A stretch of 64,000 nt of DNA from Laetmonice hystrix (taxonomy: Eukaryota), in contig OZ249440.1 of assembly GCA_965235115.1 (NCBI GenBank), forward strand, positions 31,808,001 to 31,872,000, in the 5' to 3' direction. This document shows, piece by piece, positions 39,325-50,052 of the stretch (position 1 is the stretch's first letter; the number at the start of each line of letters is the position of its first letter). A model generated the notes under the pieces. The model had not been told where the DNA came from, searched no databases, and saw only the letters and a program-made list of their open reading frames with translations. Made by a program: the position numbers and the translations under genes.

Positions 39325-41225
39325 GCGGCGGCGGCGGCGGCGGCTTTCTACATTTCTACGCCGGTCCCACCATCACCTCCCATTGTTAAACGGGCCGTTG
39401 CTTTCACGGGGCATTGAAAACAATAGGACACACTTTTATTTTGGGAATCCATCTCATTGTCTTAGTCAGCAAAGAGCCACACGTAAAACAATGGGTATTA
39501 ACGGGTTGTGGGTATAAAGCAGGCCAGTTTCCATCAGAAATTCACTCTCAGTCTCTGACTCGACCGACATCCATGCCTCGCCGTATCGCCTACTCTGCCA
39601 AGACAAAGCTACAGATCATCGCCTTCGCCGAAGTCAACGGTAACCGGGAAGCCGCACGCCGATTCGGGGTCGATGAGTCGAACGTCCGCCGATGGAGGAA
39701 GGCCAAGGAACCGCTGAACTCCATGCCGAAAGCGAAATGTGCAAGCTGGCCTCCCGATATCAACCACGGAGCTACGCATACGTGCCCTCCAGGTATCACG
39801 ACAACTCCAGATCCCAACTGACGATTTTAAGGCCTCTTCGAAGTGGTGCTACAACTTCATGCGTCATCACAACTACACCATCCGTCGCCGAACTACGATT
39901 GCTCAACGGCTGCCAGACGAGCATGAAGAGAAGATCACCAGTTTTCACAGCCACATCATCAAGCTTCGCCGCCGCCATCAGTACCCGCTAGCTCTGGTTG
40001 GAAATGCAGATCAGACACCGATGACCTTTGACCTGCCGTCCGAATCTACCATCGCCGCCAGGGGGAGCAAGTCGATCACCATCAAAACGACAGGCAACGA
40101 GAAGAATCGGTTTACCATCATGCTGGGATGCACGGCCGACGGAGGAAAGCTGCCACCCTACATCGTCTTCAAGAGGAAGACACTACCAAAGGAGAAGATC
40201 CCCCCTGGTGTCATCGTCCGCGTCCACCCTTCAGGTTGGATGGATGAGAAGCTGTGTTTGGACTGGATCGAGACGGTGTGGACCAAGCGAGAGAAGGGTC
40301 TTCTGAAGCCGCGAAGCCTGCTAGTCCTAGACGCCTTTCGCTGCCATCGGATGCCGACTGTGTTGGATGCTGCTCGGCAGACCAAGACCGACGTTGCCAT
40401 CATCCCGGGCGGCTTGACCAGCGTGCTCCAGCCGTTAGATGTCAGCATCAACAAGCCCTTCAAGACCCACATGCGTCGACATTGGAATGACTGGATGGCT
40501 ACCGCTGATCACCAGTTGACGCCTACTGGTCGGCGGAAACGGGTGGACATCACTACCATCTGTGGCTGGATCAAGAAGTCCTGGGATGAAGTTGACCCGA
40601 CCATCATCCAGCATGCCTTCCTAAAGACCGGCATCTCCAACGCCCTTGACGGCACCGAAGATGACGCACTCTGGCAGGACCCCCATGAAGATTCCACTGA
40701 CAGTGCCAGCGACAGCAATGACGAAAGCGAACTCTTCTACACAGACAGACAGTTGGAGATCCGTGCAGACGAATACAACCATCTGTTCCACGATGATAGC
40801 AGCAACGATGAGTTCCTCGGCTTCAGCGAGCGTGACCTGTAAACTGCTCTTGTCAGCGCAAACAACGGCCCTTTTCAGGGCCACCATGACGTCCGAAAAG
40901 AGTCGATTAGGCTAATGCTTGTCCTTTGTCCTATTCAAAATGATGATCTTGCCCAGAATCTTTCTCTGTCTATATCTCTCTCTATATATATGTTTCTTTA
41001 AATCTATAAATCTCTCTATATATATAACATTAATACTTTAGTCACAATACCACCACTAGGGGGGGGGGTAATAATAGCATGGGTGGCGCCACCTAGGGAT
41101 AATATCAGAACTAACGTATAGGCCGACTTGCTCTCCAGACGCTTGTGGCCATGTATAAGCCGCACCCCCGATTTATGATTAATTTTAGGGGGGAAAAAGT
41201 GGAGCTTATACACGGAAGATTACGG
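39325..41225 (+). mobile_element. pogo-superfamily DD35D (Passer-like) transposon lacking its left TIR
   Basis: Right terminus CTTATACACGGAAGATTACGG|TA; TATAAA at 39513; transposase inside. Confidence 0.85.
39573..40842 (+). pseudogene. pogo transposase (Brinker-type HTH + CENP-B-type HTH + DDE_1), frameshift near 39740
   Basis: MPRRIAYSAKTKLQII...REAARRFGVDESNVRRWRK; NADQTP, LVLDAFRCH and LQPLDVSIN, with 35 residues between the second and third Asp. Confidence 0.9.
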
Positions 41226-41352
41226 TATACCGTTTCAGAAGGCTACACATTTTCTGCTTTGAATGATGCTATTTTCATGGACTTTTATTGAAAACTTAAA
41301 AAGTTATAGCATTCGGAATGGACCAAAGTCCAATTTTGGCCAATTGTACATC

Positions 41353-41354
<2 letters not shown>

Positions 41355-41386
<32 letters not shown>

Positions 41387-42040
41387 GTAAGTGGTTCTTT
41401 ATTTCAAGGATTAGCATGTACATATATAAAAGTTCGGAGAGAGGAAACCAACAAGGGCTTATGTTTTCTCCAATCAAATAAGGCTTTAACATTTCTGACG
41501 GACAGTGTTTTGACAGTGACAACTCGCAAAACATAAACATAAACATATATACAACATAATCTTTAGTGTGAAAAATTCAGAGTTAAGCTACAGTCATATC
41601 CATATTTAAAGATTCATGAAATAATACCCTTTAAGTTGTTTAGCGTAGGTGTGAATTGAGCAATTGATTTCAATAACATTTAGAAGAGAGTTATATATTT
41701 TTGGTCCTTGAATAGCTAATGATCTTTCATATGCACAACAGTTTGACTTAGGTACTTTATAACAGTGACGCTGCCTTGTGACTTGCGATATATTCCCTAC
41801 AAAAATACGGCTTACAACATTTGGAGTTTCCCCATGAAAAACTTTATACATTAAAAGGGCACATCGGAAGTAATAAAGTTCCTTTAACGGCAGAATATTC
41901 AAGCTTTTGAACCCATTTATCGATGATGTTAATCTTGGCGTTAAGTTTATAGTCCTTATACATCTTTTTTGCAATTTTATAATTGGTTGAAGGTGACATT
42001 TAGAGGCAGAGCCCCAAATTGGAATTTCGTTAGTAATATA
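41355..42040 (-). mobile_element. 5'-truncated non-LTR retrotransposon (CR1/L2 group), 3' end
   Basis: ORF2 C-terminus IWGSASKCHLQPIIKLQKRCIRTI...FKSLNILPLKELY, 3' UTR, AATAAA (~41398-41403) and a 31-nt poly(A). Confidence 0.85.
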
Positions 42041-42049
42041 ACAACTGGA

Positions 42050-42788
42050 AAAACTGACCCATATAGGCCCTAAAAAATATTTGCCCGTCTAAAACTCCCG
42101 CAATGTGTAAAAAATTCTGCCCGTATGTAAAAAATCTTCGTTCTCCCAGTATGTAAAATTTTGCCGATAGGCTATGTAAAATTGATTTTTTACCCGTATA
42201 TAGATCTAGGCTAATAATATGTAGGCCTAGGCCTATGTAAAATATCTCCCATTAAACGTAAAAAAATAGATCTACTGACGAATATAAAATTGAGAAATCA
42301 ACAGCTGGTTCCTGCCTCAATAAAAATACATTATAAATTAATAAACTAATAATTAATTTGTTTTGGTCATGATGGCATCCCGCAAACGAAAAGCTCCCGG
42401 TGAACGGCTACCCCGCCTTGCACCTAAACAAGCGCCCCGGCCACCCGGGACGCTTGACCCCCGCCCGAGACCACTCAGCCGGCCAGTGTGTGTCAGCCAG
42501 CTGCTGTCGATCGGCAGTTAGAGTTCCGAAACACAACTTGATAACTCTACCAGTGACGCTTTATTATACCCAGGAATAGTCACACTGCGTTCTTGGAGGG
42601 ATGATCGTAGTCGGGGGCCGGTCCAAGTTTCGAAATATTCTATTTTGCTAGGTTTTGTGAGCAGTTCAAAATCAGCTCTCTCGAGTGATTGCCCGTAGGT
42701 TAACTATGGTGGACACCGGTCGTCAAGTAGCCACTTGCCCCGTGTTTCAAAACGAGGCAGCATAGCAACCCGCAACGGAAAACGGTCT
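42050..42788 (+). mobile_element. ISL2EU-like fragment (inverted homolog of 7485-8230)
   Basis: Reverse-complement match over ~0.65 kb; terminus CGGAAAACGGTCT|AT abuts the integrase remnant. Confidence 0.6.
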
Positions 42789-42789
42789 A

Positions 42790-42960
42790 TTAGTTATGCT
42801 CGGGGGTGAGCACATCATGCCAGGTACCCCTAGTAAACTGCATTAACCTTATAAGGAACCATATTGAAGGGCCAACTCCAACATACATGTTGAGAGGTGC
42901 CAAAACTCATGTCACCCTATCGGGAAAGAGTAAACGCCGACGGCATATGTAACCGACTCT
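42790..42960 (+). pseudogene. Gypsy integrase C-terminal (GPY/F) remnant
   Basis: Hand translation LVMLGGEHIMPGTPSKLH*PYKEPY ... TYMLRGAKTHVTLS / RVNAD. Confidence 0.65.
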
Positions 42961-43049
42961 TTACGTCAATGGGTACCAATAACTGCCTAGCCAAGCCTTT
43001 CGTATCGTAATTGCTACAATTTCCCTTGTGTTGCTAGCCACTATTCCTC

Positions 43050-44420
43050 TTTAAAGAATTTTTTTTACATGTGTCATTTTGGAAGCTTCGAGCACGTTTT
43101 TCCGTCACAATCATTGTTTATACCGGTGCTTCTCTCGGATGTTTTTGTACTCTCCATGTGTCTAGACATTCAGCGGACCCCGCTTTGGCCGGCGTTATTA
43201 TGGTCCGCTCCCTGTCTTTTCGCGTGCGGGGAGAAGTCGACTCAGCACTCAGTTCGCCACGTGACCAGATCACTGCGCCCTTATCAAAGAATCGACCAAC
43301 ACCTATATCAAGGTCTAAACGGTCATGTTACCCATCATTTGGGGAATCTCTTGCCGTCTTTCCGGCACTGCAACAAAAGAGGAGGTTTAATGTTAAACCA
43401 TGGCTAAACACATTATTGCACAGGGAAAAGCATTTGCCAGACACTCAGAAGAACGGTCTTCGTTTATTGTCTGCAACAATGTTCAACACATTTTTCAACT
43501 TTGTCAGCAACATTTGACCCTGAAAAATCATCAGATCCTCACTGATGTTTTCTTTTACACTACGCAGTTCCGTTAGCACTATACCCCAAATCCATATTAA
43601 CTGGTCAGATGGTCAAATAACACGCTCAACAACTAAGCCATAAACTCACCTGAAAAACTCCCACTTTCCTTGTAACAAGTCTCTGTACACCACTCCAAAT
43701 CCTGTTTCTATGTTCCTGTTTCTATGTGTGTCAAAGACCCTGCACTAGGTGCACTACCACCCTAACAGGAATACCTCTACATACTTGTGACTAACATGAT
43801 GCGTTTCGACAGGTTTGCAAATCTTCTTCCTTAAATTATACTTTTCGCAATGGTACATGGCATTGTTTAGCATTTCCATACAGCCCTGACCTGCCGACCA
43901 GAAAGGTTACCGAGGACAACGCTTCATACTCGTCCCAACACTTTACGCTTGACTCTGGACAATGCCTCATGCTTCTTCGAACCAGTGCGCTACGTCTTCT
44001 TGGTACAAAGACAGTCTCAAGCCGCTTTTCCTGACATGGTATATCATGTTGTCAGGAATCCACATAAACTTTCCGTGTGGTTACAAGTTCAGTGCTATCT
44101 TTTATTTTACAATTGCACTAACGTGCTGCATAAAATATCCGTGCAGCATCTTTAACTTTTCAAGCTGCACACAGGCCTCGAATTAGAAGTTGACAAGGGC
44201 ACGGCAAAAACTGCCGTCGATACATATGAAACACCATAAGATTTTTTAAGGGCACGGCGGCAAATTCACCATACATGGAAAAGGCACGACGGCAAATGCC
44301 GTCGACACCGTCGTGTAATTCGAGGCCTGTGCACATATATATTATACACATTTTTGACATGTGGCTATGGTATATTATCATAAACTGTTCATGAAACATC
44401 AACCCGTATCAACAAGCATT
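43050..44420 (+). pseudogene. env: Degenerate env-like (class I fusion protein) gene
   Basis: 43311-43387 reconstructs with small indels to RSKR|S(L)LPIIGESLA(S)LSGTATKEEV...MAKHI (furin site plus fusion peptide), located between integrase and PPT. Boundaries approximate. Confidence 0.6.
44172..44329. mobile_element. hAT-like MITE
   Basis: TIR CAGGCCTCGAATTA; flanking direct repeat TGCACA. Confidence 0.8.
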
Positions 44421-44985
44421 TAATGCCCCTATTCCACACAGACCACGAATTTCACGAATCCCTACGAATTGATGAATTCTCGGATTCGTAGTTTAATCTT
44501 AATCAGTTCGTGAAGTTCTTAACTGATTCTTATTTATTCGTAGTGAGTTCTTTCAATTCTTGAGTGATCGGGAATTCGTGGCAAAAGTTTTGAGCTGTTC
44601 AAAATTTTGGCCACGAACTCTTGATTCCAAAAAATCGTAGTTAATTCGTAACAAATTCGTAGTGCATTCTTAGGCATCGTAACTGAGTCATAATAGATTC
44701 GTAGGCACTCGTAGGTATTCTTAACTCATTCGGGAATTCGTGACTTGACCACGAATCGGCTACGAATCTGTCACGAATCCCACGAATACACACCGAAGCA
44801 GGCACGAAGCAAGTAAGAAATATCTACGAATTAACGTTTGGGTACGAAGCAGCTACGAATCTGTTACGAATTCCCATGAACCAATCACGAATGAGCTACG
44901 ATTGCCGGCGAATTGGGTATATAAGGAGTTTAACGTTTGACTTCAGGTCATTTGTGAAGACGAATTCCAGGAGATCAGTTACAAG

Positions 44986-46361
44986 ATGCCAAGAAAAGTT
45001 GCAGGCAAGGGCAAGGGGACAGGGAAGACCAGCAGGAGAACCAGGGAAGAGGAAGAAGAAGGCATCCCCACAAAGTACCTACCCCTCCACCTTCAGATGA
45101 ACCAGCTCAAGAAGCGGAGGAACATGTGGCAGATTCAGCAGCAGAGTCAGTGGCTGCTGAGTCAGTGGCTGGTGATGGTGAGGATGAAGAAGCAGCTTCT
45201 TCCCAGTCCAAGAGCAAGAAGACCAGGATCTTGTCCAACCTCACAGATAAAGAACAAGAGGATGTGGCCCTTTTCCTTGAGAGGAACGACTTCATCTACA
45301 ACAAGAGGCGGACGGACCACGTGTTTGCGTCTAAAAAAAATAAGGTGTGGGAAGACCTGGCCCGGGAGATGGGGAAGGAGGTTAAGGTACTGACTACATT
45401 TTTTGAGAGCATCCGTAACCAGATAGGGAAACTCAGGAGGAAGAAGAGTGGGCAGGCAGCTGTTGATATGACAGACCGCCAACAGTGGATATGGGACAGA
45501 TTCCAGTTTCTGCTGCCCCACATCAGACAAGTCATCCGCCGCACAGTCCAGAGTTTCCAGAGTGGCGCCACCACCGGCCAGGTTGAGGAGGAGTGCCAGG
45601 AAGAGGAGCCCCAGTCTCCAGTGACCACCATACCCTTCACCACCACTCCCGGGAGATCGACAGTGATTGTGCCCAGCACCAGGGGAGCCAGAGGCAGAGT
45701 GAGGGAGGTCGATACCCTGGACCAAGAGATGCACACCAGCAAGGACCGCCATGAGAAACTATTACAGATCCTGCAAGCCCCTGCTGCTGTGGCCGACGTT
45801 CCCCACCCAGAGAGGTTAAAGTTTGCGGAGTACCTCGGGCATTCTTTCCAGAACCTGCCCCAGTCCATCTACCGAGACGTACAGAAGGCCATGTTTGACC
45901 TTCTGTACAACGCTGAGAAGCAGGCAGATCTGGAAGCAGGAAAATCAGCAACAGCAACCTTATCCTCGCAGCCAGCCCTTGGGCCAAGTGTGATGCGGCC
46001 TCCAGCCTCAGCACCTCCTCGGCAGTACCAGCAGTGGCAGCCAGACCCCTCGCAGTGGCCGTCCAGATCGATGGCTCCAGCTCAGTCGGTGTGGCAATCG
46101 CAGGATGCAGCCTGGGTCAACAGCCAGTTCCCAGGGTACACCCAGTCCCCCAGCCAACAGGAACAGGCCCGTCGGAGGTCCTCACAGTCAGATACCTTCA
46201 CCACCCTGGTGCCTCCTGCCGAGAGCCAGCAGCCCCAGAGGCCCTCCAGTGCCCCTGTGCACCACGAGCAAGCTTCTTTCAGCCTGTCTGAGATACTGAT
46301 GGACATGCCCCCCACTCCAGTCACACAGACCTCGACACCTACCACTGAGAGTGATATGTGA
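44986..46361 (+). pseudogene. Harbinger MADF/Myb-like DNA-binding protein with BESS-like motif; apparent frameshift near 45060
   Basis: FLERNDFIYNKRRTDH...KKNKVWEDLAREMG...FFESIRNQIGKL...WIWDRFQFL; TATATAA at ~44918 and AATAAA at 46523. The ATG frame at 44986 differs from the 411-aa frame. Confidence 0.85.
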
Positions 46362-46534
46362 ACAGTCTCCACCCCTTAGACTTTGTGCTTAGCTGTGTAG
46401 TACTTAGACTGTTTTCTCTTAGTTGTGTCATTTTAGTGATATGTTTTTGTTTTTTGTTTTTGTATATGATATTATGATATATAATATATGATACGATATG
46501 ATATATGATATGATATGAATGTAATAAACATGTA

Positions 46535-47893
46535 CAGTCAGACCTCTCTAATCCGGACCTCTCTAATCCGGATGAATCGACATCCGGACCATTTTCCTTG
46601 GGAACAAATCTTATTCAAGTCATTTTGTCTACTTTAATCCGGATGTCTCGGTTTCCGGATCCGGACAGGCAAAACTGAGAACAAATGTCCTCTTTAGCAT
46701 GTAAAATGCCTCTCTAAACCGTCCCCCAAGTAGGCTGATGCCTGGTCAGGCTGGGGGCATGGTGAATGTTAGCGGACGGCGGGGCGGGCCAGCCTTGCCA
46801 GAGGGTTGTACAGACGGGGTGGGTGGGTGGGTGGTTGGGGGGGGGGGGTCAACGGTGGGTCACTTCAAAGAATGTTGTCACTACACATGGGAGCAAGGTC
46901 AGTCAGAGGGACTTGGCCTCCCCAGTTCTTCAAGTTTTTTCACAGTTACACCTTGTATACCTATGGCCGAACACCTCTATTAGGAGGTGACACCCCAACT
47001 GTAACTCATTGACACCACAATCAAAGACGCCTGTACTTTCTGTAGTTGAGCCGCAAAGGCTCACACCTTTCTTAAAGCCTGAGGTAGCCGACCTCACCTC
47101 TTTGCAATGATGGCCTCAAAGACTAACACCTTGAATGAAGCCGTCATAACGGTCATCACACCTTTTGCGCCAATTCTGGATAAATACGAGATGCCAGCAA
47201 GCTTCTCTTCACTTTTCAACGACCTCTGAGGTTGAGGTTGACAGTGATGAGGAGACCGAGCTAGGTTGATGAAGAACCAGCTGATACGCCACCAACCATA
47301 CGTGAGGCCCGCCAGGGGATCAAGACCACCCTAGCCAGGGCCGTAGCCTGCCCCAAATGCGTGTGGGGGGGGGGGCAGTAGGCCTGCCAAGTGATAGCGC
47401 GTCATTGCGCCGGTCGAGCTGGCCCGGGGTGTGGGTTAAAAAAACACACAAAAACTGAAAATCCCAGGGGGGGGGCAGCTGCCCCCCCTGCCCCCCCCCC
47501 CGCAGGCTACGGCCCTGCTAGCTACCTACTTCACCAGCCCAATGCCTCCGACACCTGTGATAAGCTCATGGACGTCCTAAAGTACTTTCACAAAGTTATA
47601 ATTTTTGTATTGTTACATTTTTTTTTTATTCTTTAATCTACATATCTAGGACCCCGATGCATTCACTGCAACTAACAGAGAAACCTCTGACCCCCTATTT
47701 CTTTCATGTAAATCCACAGGTGGAGCTACCTGCAATGCTTCTGGCCACTAGGTGGCAGTGTAGTCGGTAATGCACCTGGCCACTAGGTGGCAGTGTAATC
47801 GGCATAAAGTAGGTCGTTCTCTAATCCGGACAATTCGACATCCGGACAAAATTAATGGGGCACCAATATGTCCGGATTAGAGAGGTCTGACTG
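46535..47893. mobile_element. Tigger/pogo-type non-autonomous element inside the Harbinger
   Basis: TIR CAGTCAGACCTCTCTAATCCGGAC with TA TSD. Confidence 0.9.
47336..47517. mobile_element. hAT-like MITE with 5-bp TSD
   Basis: 16-bp TIR CAGGGCCGTAGCCTGC, TSD CTAGC. Confidence 0.85.
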
Positions 47894-48051
47894 TACTAAG
47901 ATAAGTATTTCTGTATTTGATTTTTATATAATAAAAATAAAACTTGAAAAAGATATGGAAATCCAAAATTCAAAATCCTCAGTCCAAGTTTTGGGTACTT
48001 GAAATTTATTACTAATTTTTTTAATAAACTGAAAATGTCAACAGTCATCAT

Positions 48052-49342
48052 TCAATTAAAACTGATTCCTGCTAATCTCCCTTGCCACGGAACTGAACCT
48101 GCTTCACTGTTAAAATAGGCCTTAAGATAGTCCCTCATCACTTTGCCCTCACGATTGTCTCTGTTGGGTGCCTGGGGTTGGGGTATCTCCTCCACCAGTT
48201 GGTCTGCCCTCCAGGCACCCGGGATGATGTTGTGATCCTCATCCTCCCTGTCCACCTCTGCATTTGCAATGGCAGGGAACCTGATCCTCAGTAAGTTGTG
48301 GAGGATGACTCCTGTCTCCACCAGTAACCGCACCACATCAGGTCCTTGTTCCAGGGTGCCCAGGAAGCATCTCCATCTGTTGGCCAGTATTTCGAAACCA
48401 TTCTCCACCACACGTCTGCCCCTGGAAATTCTGTAGTTGGCCACCAGCATGTCATTGTCCAGACCCCTCCTGCCATAGGGTTTCATGAGGAAAGTCCTCA
48501 GGGGAAAGGCATCATCCCCCAGGATGTAGTAGGGTGTGTCTCTGTCATCATTGGGCATGGGATCACTGTCAGGGAAGTTTATGGTGTTGTTATCAATGCA
48601 CTCTTTCAGTTCTAAATCACCAACAGCTGTCCGTCGGATTGATGACCTTCTCCACCAGTGTCTATCCAGATAAACTTATAATCTGCATCCACCAGGGCCA
48701 GCAACACCACGGAGAAAAAACCTTTGTAGTTGTAGAACACACTGCCTGAGTTGTGTGGTTTCCTAATGGCTATGCGCTTGCAATCCAAGGCCCCCAGGGC
48801 ATGAGGAACATTCCACCGGTCTTGAAACTGCTGGGCAATGGCCTTCCAGTCCTCCTGGGTCCTTGGCAGTGGCATGACTTCATCCTTCAGCTCCTGTATG
48901 ATGGCCTGACAGACTTCCTGCACACTCCATACCACTGTGCTGTAGCCACATCGGAAGTCATACTGGAGGGTGTGATACCGGTCTCCTGTAGCCAGGTGTC
49001 TGAGGGTCATGGCCAGCTTCATTCCGGCATCCAGGGCTGGTCTCATGTGGGTGTCCCTCCTCTGGATAACGTGGCTAATCCTGTTGAGTAGCTCATCAAA
49101 CATGTGAGGTGGCATTCTCACATAGTTGGCAAAGGCATTTTCATCTTCCACCCTCAGCTCCTGCATCAGTCTGTTGTAGTACCATATTCTATCCTTCTGG
49201 CTGGTGTCAGCCACGGTCTAACCCACCACCTGGAGGCTCTTCTCCTTCTCTTTCGAAGCAGTCTTCTTCTAGCTATCAGCACCTGGTGTTGATACTCCAG
49301 TTCCAGGGCCAGTATTACAGCTGTTCTACGTTGAACATCCAT
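48052..49342 (-). pseudogene. Harbinger (HARBI1-like) DDE transposase with two frameshifts
   Basis: WWVRPW, LAMTLRHLATG, GALDCKRI (DGKH decayed), YNYKGFFS, VDADYKF, GDDAFPL, RRVVENGFEIL; frame breaks near 49180 and 48615. Confidence 0.92.
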
Positions 49343-50052
49343 TTTGGTACTGATGCCCAAGCAGGGGTGAAGGCCTTTTTATACCTATTTTCAGGGAAAA
49401 TCCCACGAATTGTCAAGAATAGTCACGAATTCAAATTTGATCGTACCTGATTCGTAGATGCATTCGGCATATTCTTAACTGATTCGTAACTGATTCCTAA
49501 CGTTCTTGCAGTATTCGTAATGGATTCTTGTAAATCGTTATGAATTCTTGACAATATTTCAGCGGTTCGAGCAGAATCCCACGAATATTCGTAATTATAT
49601 CGTAGCTTTATCATAACAGAATCGTACATCATCACGAATTGGACAAGAAATTTGCAAAATATCACGAATCCTCACAAATCCTAAAATTTATCAAATCCTG
49701 GCAATTCGTGGGATTCATGGTCTGTGTGGAATAGTGGCATAAGATGCTCCACAAACCTTCTGTTGGCATCAAATTGGCAAAAACTCACATAAACTGTCCT
49801 TGTGCTTTTCAACTGCCAACACGCTTGCCTACCGCCACTTTCTAATGCATGGCAATATACCATTTGAATTTTGTTCATTTGGGACTTCGATGGACTACAA
49901 CTACACAAATGTTACCATGCGAAATCTTTTAACCTGTTTTATGAACTGTTATCATAATTATTTAAGTTATGTCGTGTGACGTGTGCGTGTGTTATATACC
50001 TATTATTATTTTAACGATTAGATACTCCAATCTTACCCGCACCGGGGGGAGA

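Larger units (their letters stand above)
44424..49739. mobile_element. Full-length PIF/Harbinger transposon with two convergent genes
   Basis: TIR TGCC(C/A)CTATTCCACACAGACCA, TAA TSD, MADF gene (+) and DDE transposase (-). Confidence 0.95.

Noticed and set aside
45162..45868. Long antisense ORFs (196 and 190 aa)
   Set aside because: Shadows of the MADF coding strand with no recognisable motifs.
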